A stretch of DNA of 61,301 nucleotides from Methyloprofundus sp. (GCA_013138595.1 WTCM01000074.1:1-61301); one strand, 5' to 3'. Counted from the stretch's first letter, positions 1 to 11,114 are shown. Translations and numbers: made by a program. The notes: a model not told the origin generated them from the sequence alone.

Positions 1-153
1 GCTTGTTATAAGCTTAATAGAAACGTTTTATAAACGGGCGAGTGGCTGACTGGTTCGGGCATACTGATCCATAACTAGGAATTAAAAGCGTATTTTATAA
101 TGCCGAATATGACAGTAGTATGAATGATAAAATATTGAAAAACAAAATACACG

Positions 154-258
154 GTAGGATGGGTAGAACGGACGGCATGTCTTTTTAGGCGCGCAGTGAA
201 ACCCATCAATCTTGCGTAAAATGATGGGTTTCGCAAAAGAACGCTCTACCCATCCTAC
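154..258. repeat. REPIN-like element, family A (GTAG-led paired hairpins)
   Basis: Starts GTAGGATGGGTAGA and ends TCTACCCATCCTAC, with internal GAAACCCATCA...TGATGGGTTTC. Its reverse complement closely matches the copies at 11115 and 22151. Confidence 0.85.
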
Positions 259-287
259 ATTTAGGGTATTTATTTTATTTGAAAAAA

Positions 288-312
288 CCTTAACTTAATT
301 GCTGTGAGGCTA
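288..312. mobile_element. IS4-like terminal inverted repeat remnant
   Basis: CCTTAACTTAATTGCTGTGAGGCTA is 24/25 identical to the reverse complement of 7439-7463. The ...AGTTAAG core resembles IS4-type termini (from recall). Confidence 0.5.
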
Positions 313-356
313 CCCCGACTGACATATAAATATTCCTTAACTCTTTTTTATGCGTT

Positions 357-1250
357 TTATTTTCCCGTCAACTTGAGTTCAGCTTCGTGATATTTTTGGC
401 TACTCACTGCAATGACATCATCAGGAATACTAGGACCTGGTGCTGTTTTATCCCAATCTAAGCTTTCTAAATAGTCACGAATAAATTGCTTATCAAAACT
501 AGGTGGGCTGATACCGACTTGGTATGATTCAGCGGGCCAAAAACGTGAGGAATCTGGCGTTAAAGCTTCATCAATTAAATATAATTTACCGTCATTGTCT
601 AAACCAAATTCAAACTTAGTATCCGCAATAATAATCCCTCGCTGTTTAGCAAAAGCAGCGGCACTGGTATAGAGTTTTAAGCTAACATCTCGAACCTGTT
701 TAGCAAGCTCTTCACCTAACAAGGGAATAGTGTCGGCAAAAGGAATGTTTTCATCATGGTCGCCTACAGCCGCCTTTGTTGAGGGCGTGTAAATTGCTTT
801 TGGGAGTTGTTGAGCTTGCTGCAACCCTGCGGCTAATTGAATACCACACACGCTACCTGTTGCTTGGTAATCTTTCCAGCCTGAACCAATTAAATAGCCA
901 CGCACAATCGCTTCTACAGGAAGTGGATTAAGTTTCTTAACAATAATGCTACGCCCTTCTACCTGCATGCGTTCTGCAGCATCAGGAATAACCTCTTCTA
1001 AGCTAAGATCTGCTAAATGGTTAGGGATAATATCCTGCATTTTTTCAAACCAAAAATTGGAAACAGAGGTGAGTACTCGTCCTTTTCCAGGGATAGGATT
1101 AGGTAGCACCACATCAAATGCTGACAGGCGATCAGTGGTAACAATTAGCAGGTGGTCGTCATCAATATCATAAATGTCACGAACCTTTCCGCGCGCACGT
1201 AGTGTTAAGTGGGATAAAGTGGATTCAAATAAAGCAGCTGGAGCGTTCAT
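357..1250 (-). CDS. purC: Phosphoribosylaminoimidazole-succinocarboxamide (SAICAR) synthase
   Basis: [35 protein letters not shown] and SFDKQFIRD motifs. Confidence 0.97.
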   Translation of the reverse strand: MNAPAALFESTLSHLTLRARGKVRDIYDIDDDHLLIVTTDRLSAFDVVLPNPIPGKGRVLTSVSNFWFEKMQDIIPNHLADLSLEEVIPDAAERMQVEGRSIIVKKLNPLPVEAIVRGYLIGSGWKDYQATGSVCGIQLAAGLQQAQQLPKAIYTPSTKAAVGDHDENIPFADTIPLLGEELAKQVRDVSLKLYTSAAAFAKQRGIIIADTKFEFGLDNDGKLYLIDEALTPDSSRFWPAESYQVGISPPSFDKQFIRDYLESLDWDKTAPGPSIPDDVIAVSSQKYHEAELKLTGK

Positions 1251-1482
1251 ATTATCTGATTAAGCTAAAAAAATAAAAATAAGCACTATTTTATAGGAAT
1301 AATTATTGAGTAGTGAAAAATTAGTATTTTTCTTTGTTGGAAAGTGCTTGAAAAGTGAGCTGAGTAGTGTGCGCTTGCTTTAAATCAAAATGACTTAATG
1401 CTAATACGTGTGAGAAGCTCTGGGCTTTAGCCGAATAAACGACAATATGCGACTAAATGCCCAGCTTACTATCTAGGTAGTA

Positions 1483-2010
1483 CTATGCCGCGATAGCCTC
1501 ATTAGCAGTAGGCGCAAACAGATCTTCATAGATACGCTTCTTTTTCCAGCCTACAAAAGCACCATCATCAAAAGGAAGATCATTATCAATCGCAAACTCA
1601 TAACAACTTCTGAATAATCTAGCGGTACGAAATGCATGTAATTCATCATCAGCAGTAATCGTTTCTATATTACCGACTTGAAATGTTTTATTACGAGACT
1701 TAGTATCACAGACCCAGAATACGGTGTAACAAAGATAGCTTTTATCTTTTCTTCTATCGTATTTTATAGTGCGTGATACACCTGTTAAACCTGTTGTGGT
1801 TTTATTTTTAGGTGGCTTCAAAAAACGCGTTCGACTGCCTTTGAGTACAATTAACATTTGATCGCGCCAAGCAATTGCTGCAGTCAGGGACTTTGCTTTA
1901 TTGCCCCATAGTTTATGTGAAAAGTAGCGACTACTTTCTTTGCCGCGTCGTACGATACGAACTTGGAAGCCAAAGGCATCAGGTTGAGTAATATGTTTAT
2001 GTTTTATCAT
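1483..2010 (-). CDS. Stand-alone protein with two AP2-like DNA-binding domains
   Basis: FQVRIVRRGK..SRYFS...G....AAIAWRD and TGLTGVSR...VFW...KTF.......AFRTARLFR follow the AP2 beta3-alpha pattern. Basic protein with no HNH motif. Confidence 0.65.
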   Translation of the reverse strand: MIKHKHITQPDAFGFQVRIVRRGKESSRYFSHKLWGNKAKSLTAAIAWRDQMLIVLKGSRTRFLKPPKNKTTTGLTGVSRTIKYDRRKDKSYLCYTVFWVCDTKSRNKTFQVGNIETITADDELHAFRTARLFRSCYEFAIDNDLPFDDGAFVGWKKKRIYEDLFAPTANEAIAA

Positions 2011-2612
2011 TGTTATCTCTTTTTTATTTTTTAATAAAAATAAAAAATGCTATAAATTAATATCTAAGTAGCTTATTGCTGTGTTAACCTACTGCAGTTC
2101 TATGTGGCTGACAATCAAAACCGCTTTTATCCTAAAAAGAATTATTTATACTCTTATAAAATAATAGTGTTGAGATTGATCGGTAGGGAAGTTTAATTTT
2201 TCCAGTATACGCGTGCCACTTACAGAAGCTACTCGTACTCACAGCCTTACTGAACTAAGATACTAAGCGATTTTTTATTATTATTAATGGGCTAAATATT
2301 ATCTCAGCATTTGTAATGATACCCTACCTTTTATCAAAAAGACAGGAATTGCTTCACAAAAAATCATAATTCTTCATAATGAAGGCATCATTATATGTTT
2401 AGGAAGATATGTTTTTTGTCTTATATAAATGTCTTGTCATTAAATCCTCTTAAAAACAATCAAAAGCTAGCGCATTATTGAACTCTCGCATTTTAAGCAA
2501 CGTACTTTTAAGAAAAACCCAGCATTTTAGTGTAGAATTCTCCTACTTGCCTTAGATAGTCAGTATTATTAAGGTTTTTTATTATTCAAAGTAGCAAATT
2601 TAGGAGACACAG

Positions 2613-3218
2613 ATGAGTGTATTAGTCGGTAAGCAAGCACCAGATTTTACGGTTCCTGCCGTTTTAGGTAATGGCGAAATTGTTGATTCTTTCAGTTTTT
2701 CGGATGCAACAAAAGGAAAATATGCAGTAGTGGTATTTTACCCACTAGATTTTACGTTTGTTTGCCCTAGTGAGTTGATTGCATTAGATAAAAGAATGGA
2801 TGAATTTACCAATCGTGGTGTTGAAGTGATCGCTGTTTCAATTGATTCACATTTCACTCACAATGCTTGGAGAAATACGGCAATCAATGACGGCGGTATC
2901 GGTCAAGTTCGTTATACAATGGCGGCAGATATGGCGCATACGATTGTTAAAGATTACGATGTGGAAGCAGAAGCACCCGCAGTTGCTTACCGTGGTAGCT
3001 TTTTAATTGATAAAGAAGGTATGGTGCGTCACCAAGTCGTTAATGACCTACCTTTAGGGCGTAACATTGATGATATGTTACGTATGGTCGATGCGCTACA
3101 ATTCCATGAAGAGCACGGTGAAGTTTGCCCAGCTGGCTGGAATAAAGGCGATAAAGGTATGGATGCATCACCTGCAGGTGTTGCCGCTTACTTAAGCGAA
3201 AATTCTGACAAGCTATAA
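2613..3218 (+). CDS. Typical 2-Cys peroxiredoxin (AhpC/TsaA family)
   Basis: FYPLDFTFVCPSE and GEVCPAGW motifs; AGGAG RBS. Confidence 0.95.
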   Translation: MSVLVGKQAPDFTVPAVLGNGEIVDSFSFSDATKGKYAVVVFYPLDFTFVCPSELIALDKRMDEFTNRGVEVIAVSIDSHFTHNAWRNTAINDGGIGQVRYTMAADMAHTIVKDYDVEAEAPAVAYRGSFLIDKEGMVRHQVVNDLPLGRNIDDMLRMVDALQFHEEHGEVCPAGWNKGDKGMDASPAGVAAYLSENSDKL

Positions 3219-3234
3219 CTTAGTTTGATTCAGT

Positions 3235-3271
3235 AAAAAGGCGGGCTATTGAAAAATAGCCCGCCTTTTTT
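3235..3271. terminator. Bidirectional intrinsic terminator
   Basis: AAAAAGGCGGGCTATT-GAAA-AATAGCCCGCCTTTTTT between convergent genes. Confidence 0.9.
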
Positions 3272-3296
3272 ATGCTTGCTAAAAATATCCAATACT

Positions 3297-3539
3297 TTAA
3301 AGGCTGTCTTTTTTCGCAATGATCCTTAACAGCTGTGTACGAGTAAAGTAAACAACGATACAAGCCGTAAAAATAGAAATAAATGTTTCGCCGATCAATA
3401 GCATGGAAAGGGCAAAGCCTAAGACATAGCCCACAAAACCAATAATCGCCCATCTAATACCATTTTCTCCGTGCTTTTTTCCCGTTTGATAAAAGATAAC
3501 AATGGTTGCAATAGCCGCTAGTTTGATTAAAATTAACAT
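3297..3539 (-). CDS. Small membrane hypothetical protein
   Basis: 80 aa with three hydrophobic segments; AGGA RBS; ends at the shared terminator. Confidence 0.65.
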   Translation of the reverse strand: MLILIKLAAIATIVIFYQTGKKHGENGIRWAIIGFVGYVLGFALSMLLIGETFISIFTACIVVYFTRTQLLRIIAKKDSL

Positions 3540-3734
3540 GGTTTATTCCTATTTTTATGGGTTAATTATTCTTTTCTAGGATGATAGCTACAAATTTTAT
3601 CATATAGTTTAGACAATGCTTGCGCTTTTATAATGAACACTCAGCGTATCAAAATACCTTATTTTATCTAGGATTTATTATGATGGGGTTTGAGCTGCAA
3701 GAAAATAACTCACTTATGTTGCAAGGAGATACTC

Positions 3735-5942
3735 GTGAATAAGTTCGCTAAAATTATTTTAATCTTTTGTTCTTCATTATTACTACTTTTAATCGCGGCT
3801 ATCGTCATTATTCCTCTTGTCGTGGATTTAAATGACTATAAACCAGAAATAGAAGCCGCTGTTAAAGATAAGCTAGGGCGCACTTTGAGTATAGAGGGTG
3901 ATTTAGAGGTCTCTGTTTTTCCTTGGCTAGGCATTAGCACCGGCTCACTGCGTTTAGAGAATGCCACTGAATTTAATGATCAAGATTTTGCACGGCTTGC
4001 TGAAGCGGATATTAAAGTAAAATTAATGCCACTTTTTTCCAAGAAAATTGAAGTTAAAACCGTGGTATTAAAAGGTTTAGAGCTATATTTAGCTAAAAAC
4101 AAGCAAGGCATGCAAAACTGGGATGATTTAGTTAAAGCAAAAGAATCCTCTGACAAATCGTCTCAAGACAAAAATAATGCAGGTGAAAAGGAAGCGCTTC
4201 CTGCATGGCTGGATATTAATAGCTACCAGCTTAGCTTAAGCGGTGTAAAGTTAGAAAATTCTCTGCTCAGTTGGGATAATCAAAAAGCGAATCAGCAGAC
4301 CCAGATTACAAATTTAAATTTAAGCACTGGAACACTTGCCTTTGATACGCCTGTAGAACTTAAGCTCTCCTTTTTGCTCAGTACTGCAACAATGAGCGAC
4401 CAACTCAGTTTGAGTACACATGCTATTGTAAGTGATAGTTTTAAGCAAATTCAGCTACAAAACTTTCAGCTAGACTCCGTTATCAAAGGAGATACTATCC
4501 CTAGTGGTACCATAGAAGCACAACTTGCAACTGAAATAGCCTTAGACTTAGATCAGCAAACAGTCACCTTAAGGCAAGTACAGCTGAACTCTAATTTAAT
4601 CAATTTGACGGGCGAACTTAGCGCAAGCCAACTGGATACCGATTTGCAATATCAAGGGAAAATTCAGTTAGCAACATTTAACCCTAAAACATTGATGCAA
4701 CAATTGCAGATGGACGCGCTTGAAACGATGGATCCGCAAGCACTGCAAAAGCTAGCAATGAATTTTGACCTGCATGGAACTAGCGATGCCTTAGAACTGA
4801 AGCATTTAAATATTCGCCTAGATGAGACACAGCTAAACGGCGAACTAGCCGTTAAACAGTTTAAAAATCCAGCCATTCGTTTTCAATTAAATGCGGATAA
4901 ACTTGATTTAGACCGCTACCTTGCCCCAGAAAAGCCAGTGGTAACGGCAACAGTCAAAAAGGCGGCAGATAACCATGCAAAAAATATCAAAACCAGGAAA
5001 ACCGACCCTGCAGCCTCTGCGTCTAAAGCGAAAATCTCAGTGACAGATGAGCCCGAATTATTACCACTGGAACTGATACGCTCACTGAATGTATCAGGCA
5101 ATCTAAAGATAGATCAATTAAAAGCGGCAAAATTAAAAATGCGCGGTGTTAGGCTAGAATTAACGGTAAAAGACGGAGTTTTACAGACAAAACACCAAGT
5201 AAAAAAGCTTTATAAGGGGAGCTATAAAGGCAAAATTCGTATTAATGCGACTCAAAAAACACCGACTATCCGCTTAGATGAAAAACTAAAAAACATTCAG
5301 TTAGAGCCTTTTTTAAAAGATTTTAAATCAACCCACAATGCAAAATTTAAAGGCAGGGCAACGATTAGGGCTAAGCTGAATGCAAAAGGCAATACCCATG
5401 CACTGCTGCTGTCCTCTTTAGGCGGCAAGCTGGATTTAGATTTACGTAACGGAGCGATCCGAGACTTTAATTTTCAGCAAATTATTGATGTCGGTAAGTT
5501 GCTGCTTAAAGGCAAGCAAATGCAACAAGACTATAGCAATGAACAAACACTATTTTCTAAAATACGCGCCGAGTCTACTATTAAGCGAGGCGTGGTGACA
5601 ACGCCCAATTTACTGGCAAAATCTTCCACAGTTGAAGTCACAGGGAAAGGCACGACAAACCTTGTGACTGAAAAAGTAAATTATCATTTAGTGGCAAAAA
5701 TAAAATCTGCATCCAGTAAGAAAGGAAAATCATTAATAGGTCGCCCGATTGCTGTGAAGGTAACAGGGGACTTATCTGACCCTCGCTATAAGGTCGATGT
5801 GGCTTCAGTAAAAGCAATGCTAACGGAAAAAGAAAAGAGAAAAGTGGAGAAATTTGTCAATAAGAACCAAAAGAAAATAGAAAAAGCGATTGGTAAAGAA
5901 GGTAGTAAAGCGGTTAATAAATGGTTAAAAAAATTATTTTAA
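3735..5942 (+). CDS. asmA: AsmA family protein
   Basis: N-terminal TM followed by D.NDYKP.I...V....GR.L.I.GD...S.FPWLG. Likely GTG start at 3735 after AGGAG; lies upstream of mutY. Confidence 0.88.
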   Translation: MNKFAKIILIFCSSLLLLLIAAIVIIPLVVDLNDYKPEIEAAVKDKLGRTLSIEGDLEVSVFPWLGISTGSLRLENATEFNDQDFARLAEADIKVKLMPLFSKKIEVKTVVLKGLELYLAKNKQGMQNWDDLVKAKESSDKSSQDKNNAGEKEALPAWLDINSYQLSLSGVKLENSLLSWDNQKANQQTQITNLNLSTGTLAFDTPVELKLSFLLSTATMSDQLSLSTHAIVSDSFKQIQLQNFQLDSVIKGDTIPSGTIEAQLATEIALDLDQQTVTLRQVQLNSNLINLTGELSASQLDTDLQYQGKIQLATFNPKTLMQQLQMDALETMDPQALQKLAMNFDLHGTSDALELKHLNIRLDETQLNGELAVKQFKNPAIRFQLNADKLDLDRYLAPEKPVVTATVKKAADNHAKNIKTRKTDPAASASKAKISVTDEPELLPLELIRSLNVSGNLKIDQLKAAKLKMRGVRLELTVKDGVLQTKHQVKKLYKGSYKGKIRINATQKTPTIRLDEKLKNIQLEPFLKDFKSTHNAKFKGRATIRAKLNAKGNTHALLLSSLGGKLDLDLRNGAIRDFNFQQIIDVGKLLLKGKQMQQDYSNEQTLFSKIRAESTIKRGVVTTPNLLAKSSTVEVTGKGTTNLVTEKVNYHLVAKIKSASSKKGKSLIGRPIAVKVTGDLSDPRYKVDVASVKAMLTEKEKRKVEKFVNKNQKKIEKAIGKEGSKAVNKWLKKLF

Positions 5943-5943
5943 A

Positions 5944-6987
5944 ATGAACCCTGAAAAATTTCAACAGCAATTATTAGGCTGGTTTGACCAGTCTGGACGT
6001 AAAGATTTACCTTGGCAACACCCAGCCACAGCGTATCGAGTTTGGGTGTCTGAAATCATGTTACAACAAACCCAAGTTGTCACCGTGATCCCCTATTTTA
6101 ATCGCTTTATGCAGCAATACCCTGATATACAAAGCCTAGCAAACGCGCCTTTAGATGAGGTATTAAGTTTATGGGCGGGCTTGGGTTATTATGCACGCGC
6201 TAGAAATTTGCATAAAACAGCGGGTATTATCAATCAGCAAGCCTCTTTTCCAGATACTTTAGACGCATTAGTGGCTTTAGCAGGTATTGGTCGCTCCACC
6301 GCAGGGGCTATTCTAAGTATTGCCTTTCATAAAAGTACGGCTATCTTAGATGGTAATGTACGCCGCGTTTTAGCACGCTATCAAGCGATTTATGGCTGGA
6401 CGGCAAGCCCTGCGGTGAGTAAGCAACTTTGGCTAGTTAGCGAAAAGTATACCCCCGTTGAGCGTGTCGCCGACTATACACAGGCAATCATGGATTTAGG
6501 CGCAACTGTTTGTACACGCTCTAAGCCGCAATGTACTGAGTGCCCTTTGCAATCTGATTGCCTCGCTTTACAACAAAAATGTGTGGCAGAATTACCCACG
6601 CCTAAACCGCGTAAAAAAATCCCCACTAAGCACAGTGTGTTTGTGATTGCCATTGATAAAGAACAGCACTTTTTTTTGGAAAAAAGAGCACCCACAGGCA
6701 TTTGGGGAGGGCTATGGAGTCTGCCTGAATTGGAGGCAGAAGCAGGCATAGAGGCATGGCTACAGGAAAATTCTATGACTTTGCTTAAGCAGCAAGCTTT
6801 GCCACTAAGGCGGCATACTTTCTCGCATTACCACCTAGATTATCAACCTATTTTAATCCATATTGATAAGCTTATAAATAATGTGCTAGAAGCAGAAAAC
6901 AGACTCTGGTATAACCATACGCAAACACAAAACATTGCGCTACCTGCGCCTGTTAAACAACTATTTGATGACATCATTAAACACTAA
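5944..6987 (+). CDS. mutY: A/G-specific adenine glycosylase
   Basis: WVSEIMLQQTQV, GLGYYARARNL, DGNVRRVL and the C-X6-C-X2-C-X5-C Fe-S motif. Confidence 0.97.
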   Translation: MNPEKFQQQLLGWFDQSGRKDLPWQHPATAYRVWVSEIMLQQTQVVTVIPYFNRFMQQYPDIQSLANAPLDEVLSLWAGLGYYARARNLHKTAGIINQQASFPDTLDALVALAGIGRSTAGAILSIAFHKSTAILDGNVRRVLARYQAIYGWTASPAVSKQLWLVSEKYTPVERVADYTQAIMDLGATVCTRSKPQCTECPLQSDCLALQQKCVAELPTPKPRKKIPTKHSVFVIAIDKEQHFFLEKRAPTGIWGGLWSLPELEAEAGIEAWLQENSMTLLKQQALPLRRHTFSHYHLDYQPILIHIDKLINNVLEAENRLWYNHTQTQNIALPAPVKQLFDDIIKH

Positions 6988-6999
6988 AAGAGGAATACA

Positions 7000-7272
7000 A
7001 TGGCAAGATTAGTAAACTGTGCAAAATTAGGCGAACAAGCAGAAGGGCTGGAATCAGCTCCTTTCCCCGGGCCTAAAGGACAATATATTTATGATAATAT
7101 CTCCCAAAAAGTATGGCAAGAATGGTTAAGTATGCAAACCATGTTGATTAATGAAAATCACTTAGCGAGCTTTGAGCCTAAGGCAAAAAAGCTGATTGAA
7201 GATGAGAGAGAGAAATTTCTCTTTGGCACAGGGTTTCAAATGCCAGAAGGCTATGTGCCCCCTGTAAAATAG
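7000..7272 (+). CDS. yggX: Oxidative damage protection / Fe(II)-trafficking protein
   Basis: MARLVNCAKLG..AEGL...P.PG..G..IY..IS...W.EW...QTMLINE; follows mutY. Confidence 0.93.
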   Translation: MARLVNCAKLGEQAEGLESAPFPGPKGQYIYDNISQKVWQEWLSMQTMLINENHLASFEPKAKKLIEDEREKFLFGTGFQMPEGYVPPVK

Positions 7273-7301
7273 AAGCAGTAGGCTTTTTTCAATATTTAAA
7301 C

Positions 7302-7333
7302 GAAACGGGGTATTCACTCCGTTTCAAGCGTTT
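7302..7333. repeat. REP-like hairpin, family B
   Basis: GAAACGGGGT-ATTC-ACTCCGTTTC followed by AAGCGTTT; related to 16581-16674 and 55863-55888. Confidence 0.6.
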
Positions 7334-7438
7334 ATAGAGAGTTTGGAATCGAGACAATAATACCAACCCCAATATATTCAAATACAATTTCGTCATCCTA
7401 TGCTTAGCGTAGACTCTCAATAAAACTTGTGCCCACGC

Positions 7439-7463
7439 TAGCCTCACGGCAATTAAGTTAAGG
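7439..7463. mobile_element. IS4-like terminal inverted repeat remnant
   Basis: TAGCCTCACGGCAATTAAGTTAAGG, an inverted copy of 288-312; abuts REP fragments on both sides. Confidence 0.5.
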
Positions 7464-7469
7464 AAAAGC

Positions 7470-7498
7470 ATAGGATGTGCTGAGGCACGAAGCGCATC
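7470..7498. repeat. Degenerate single REP hairpin
   Basis: (A)TAGGATGTGCT-GAGGCACGA-AGCGCATC, GTAG-type layout. Confidence 0.5.
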
Positions 7499-7559
7499 TT
7501 TTAGGCACTTGATGCCCTGTCAATTTGTAGTCACCTCATTTAAAAGAAGCTCACCTAGT

Positions 7560-7591
7560 TTGAAGTAAAATACAAAACAAGTCATAATGAC
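7560..7591 (+). promoter_or_regulatory. sigma70-like promoter with palindromic operator for the TA operon
   Basis: TTGAAG-17 bp-CATAAT; the palindrome GTCATAATGAC (7581-7591) covers the -10 box, as is typical for antitoxin autorepression. Confidence 0.55.
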
Positions 7592-7617
7592 CTAGTCAAT
7601 ATCATCAGGAGTCTATT

Positions 7618-7902
7618 ATGTCAGCCACGCCCATTTCTGTCGCCAAAGCAAAATCGCATATTTCAGAACTTATTGCTAAAAGTCAATACTCACACGAACG
7701 CTTTATTATCACTAAACGAGACAAGCCCGTTGCTGCATTAGTCAGTTTAGATGACTTAAAAATACTAGAGCAACATGAAGAAAAGCAAGGCTTAGCAGCA
7801 ATAGCAGGAAAATGGCAAGGCTTTGAAGAAGTTGCAGATGCAATGGGAGAGATAGAAAGCTTACGCAAAAATGCAGGGAAAGCGCGTGATGTTTCTCTTT
7901 GA
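7618..7902 (+). CDS. Phd/YefM family antitoxin
   Basis: ISVAKAKSHISELI........FIITKRDKPVAALVSL signature; overlaps the toxin gene. Confidence 0.9.
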   Translation: MSATPISVAKAKSHISELIAKSQYSHERFIITKRDKPVAALVSLDDLKILEQHEEKQGLAAIAGKWQGFEEVADAMGEIESLRKNAGKARDVSL

Positions 7903-8290
7903 TACAGATACGATTACGAATATTGTTAAACCGAGACCCTCACAAAACCTGTTAGCCAAATTAGCAGGTATAGAAAAAGAGCAACAATATATTTCCACCA
8001 TCACAATTTCTGAAATTGTTTATGGCGCAGAAAAAAGTCAACGCCCTGAATACCATCTACATAATTTAGAGGCCATTTTATTACCCGCCGTTAATATAGT
8101 CGGTTTTGATAGTAAAGCCGCTTATATTTGTGGTCAAATTCGTGCCGAATTGGAAAAGCGCGGTACACCGCTAAACCTAGCAGATCTTGAAATTGCCTCA
8201 ATTGCCATTGCGAATGATTTAACGTTAATTACCAATAATATACGTCATTTTAAGCGCATACCTTTGCTGAAATTTGAAAACTGGTTGTAA
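7889..8290 (+). CDS. vapC: VapC family PIN-domain toxin
   Basis: FLFDTDT, ISEIVYG, ADLEIASIA and LITNNIRHF PIN motifs; ATG at 7889. Confidence 0.9.
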   Translation: MFLFDTDTITNIVKPRPSQNLLAKLAGIEKEQQYISTITISEIVYGAEKSQRPEYHLHNLEAILLPAVNIVGFDSKAAYICGQIRAELEKRGTPLNLADLEIASIAIANDLTLITNNIRHFKRIPLLKFENWL

Positions 8291-8328
8291 AGAATACATA
8301 AGAAAAACAACCCTATAATGGATAAACA

Positions 8329-10994
8329 ATGTCTACAAAAGAGCCGAAAATAGAAAAGGACTTTATCGCTAAGCTGCAAACATTAAAATATACCTATCGC
8401 CCCGATATTCGTGATAACCAAACCTTAGAGCAAAATTTCCGCGAGAAATTCCAAGCACTCAATAGGGTAACGCTAACAGATCATGAATTCGCTAGATTAC
8501 TAGAGCAAATCATCAGCCCCCATGTTTTTACAAGCTCCAAACGCTTACGAGAAATCAATAGCTTTGAGCGCGACGACGGCACGCCGCTACACTATACGCT
8601 GATTAATATTAAAGACTGGTGCAAAAACAGCTTTGAAGTCATCAGCCAGCTCAAAATAAACACCCATAACAGCAATCATCGTTATGATGTGATACTGCTG
8701 TTAAACGGTCTGCCCTTAGTGCAAGATGAATTTAGCGATGCGTTTTTATCTAAATGTAAATTAGCTCAGACGATAAATCGTTATATGGTGCTGGTGCAAA
8801 GTGAAGCTAAATTGAGGATGATGCGACCGTATCAGATTTATGCGGTTGAAGCCATAATAGAATGCATAGACGACAACCGAGGCAATGGCTACATTTGGCA
8901 CACGACAGGCAGTGGTAAAACCCTCACCTCTTTTAAAGCCTCCACCCTACTTAACCATTAAAAAAGTGCTTTTTGTGGTGGATAGAAAAGACCTAGATCG
9001 TCAAACACGCGAAGAATTTAATAAGTTTCAAGAAAAATGCGTGGAAGAAAACACCAACACCTATACGCTGGTTCAGCGATTACTCTCAACAGATTATGCT
9101 GATAAAGTGATTGTCACCACCATTCAAAAATTAGGGCTTGCGCTTGATAGCATGAATAAAAATAACTACAAAGAAAAACTAGCCCCCCTTGCCCATGAGC
9201 GCATTGTTTTTATTTTTGATGAGTGTCACCGTTCCCAGTTTGGCAAAAATCATACGGCGATCAAAACCTTTTTTCCTAACTCGCAATTGTTTGGTTTTAC
9301 AGGCACGCCGATATTTGAACAAAATGCTCAAAGCCTAATGATAGAAGAAGAGGTCGCCAGCCTTAAAACCATCAAAGATATTTTTGAAAAAGAGCTACAT
9401 AACTACACCATCACCCACGCCATAGAAGACGGCAATGTATTACGCTTTCATATTGATTATTTTAAACCTGAGAGTGAAGAGATACAAAAAGCAGAGACCT
9501 TAAAAAAAGCCATCGTCACCGCCATCCTTGCCAAACATGACAAAACCACTGCCGATAAAAAATTTAATGCCGTATTTACCACTGCCAGCATTAACGACGC
9601 GATAGAGACTGTTTAAACAACAAGATCATGGCTTAAATATCACCTGTGTTTTCTCGCCCCCTGCTGAGGGCAACAAAGACGTGGCACAACTACAAGAAGA
9701 TTTACCCACCGAACGAGAAGACAACAAAATAGAGCCTAATCTTAAAAAAGCCGCACTCAAAGAAATTATTGACGATTATAACCAGCAATTTAGCACTAAC
9801 CACAGCCTTAATAATTTTGATGTTTATTACCAAGATGTACAAAGCCGTATTAAAAATCAAAAATACCCGAATACCGATTTAGCCCATACGGAAAAAATAG
9901 ACATCACCATCGTGGTTGATATGCTATTAACAGGCTTTGACAGCAAATTTTTAAACACCCTGTATGTGGATAAAAACCTAAAACACCACGGATTGATTCA
10001 AGCCTTCTCACGCACTAACCGCGTATTAAACGATACCAAACCGTATGGCAATATTTTAGATTTTCGTTCCCTGCAAGATGAAGTGGACGAAGCGATTACT
10101 CTATTTAGCGGTGAAGATACCAGCACACCTAAAGAAATATGGCTGGTTGATCCTGCACCTAAAACCATCGAAAAGTTTCAAGCGGCTACGCAAAAGTTAG
10201 CGCAGTTTATGCAAGCACAAGGCTTAGAGAACAAGCCCGAAGCCATCGCCAACCTTAAAGGCGATATAGCAAGAGCCGAGTTTGCGACCACCTTTAAAGA
10301 GATGCAGCGCTTAAAAGTACAACTGGAACAACACACCGATTTAAAACCTGAGCAAGTGGACGCGATAGAAGCGGCAATCCCTAATGATGAGTTCCTAGCC
10401 TTTAAATCTATGTATCTTGAAACTGCTAAAAGACTACAAAGCAAAAGAGACAAAGGCGAACCAGTCCCCGACGAAGTCGAACAGTTGGATTTTGAATTTG
10501 TGCTGTTTGCCTCGGCATTGATAGATTATGACTATATTATGAGTCTAGTCAGTCAATACGCTTCGGGCAATCCTAAAAAGCAGACGATGAGTAAAGAGCA
10601 ACTAATAAATATGCTCAAATCACACGCCAATTTATTGGATGAGCAAGAGTAATTAATCGCTTATATCAATAGCCTTGAAGTCGGTAAAGCATTGGATGAA
10701 GAAAGTATAAAACAAGGCTACGAAGATTTTAAAGGGGCTAAAAACACCACAGAACTGAATGCCTTAGCTCAAAAAAATAACTTAGAAACCGCAAGACTGC
10801 AAAGTTTTGTTGATATTATCTTAGACAGACATATTTTTGATGGCGAACAACTCACCGACTTATTTGCACCTTTAGAACTAGGCTGGAAAGACAGGCGGAC
10901 TAAAGAGTTAGCCCTAATGGAAGAATTAAGCCCACTGCTTAGAAAAATGGCAGAAGGGCGTGAGTTATCAGGTTTAGAGGCTTATGATGAATAA
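8329..10994 (+). pseudogene. hsdR: Type I restriction subunit R, fragmented
   Basis: Contains WHTTGSGKT, VVDRKDLD, DECHRSQFG, GFTGTP, MLLTGFD and QAFSRTNR. Lesions: in-frame deletion near 8724 (LVQ jumps to DEF, so the E-x-K nuclease motif is gone), frameshifts near 8955 and 9608, and an in-frame TAA at 10650-10652. Confidence 0.92.
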
Positions 10995-11114
10995 TAATAA
11001 TATTATTGTTTATGAAAAAAGCAGTATGCAAAAAATGCATATTGCAAATTCTGATAAACCTGTTAGTTTTTATAGGCGACACATTTAACACGGGACAAGC
11101 AGGTATTATATTAC

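Noticed and set aside
1-62. Possible N-terminus of a minus-strand CDS (MPEPVSHSPVYK...) running off the window
   Set aside because: Too short to support; no recognisable motif
2203-2218. TGGCACG on the minus strand upstream of the AP2-like gene as a sigma54 promoter
   Set aside because: No GC at the -12 position
2376-2394. Fur box upstream of the peroxiredoxin
   Set aside because: The half-sites are spaced 5 bp rather than 3 bp; kept only as an unassigned palindrome
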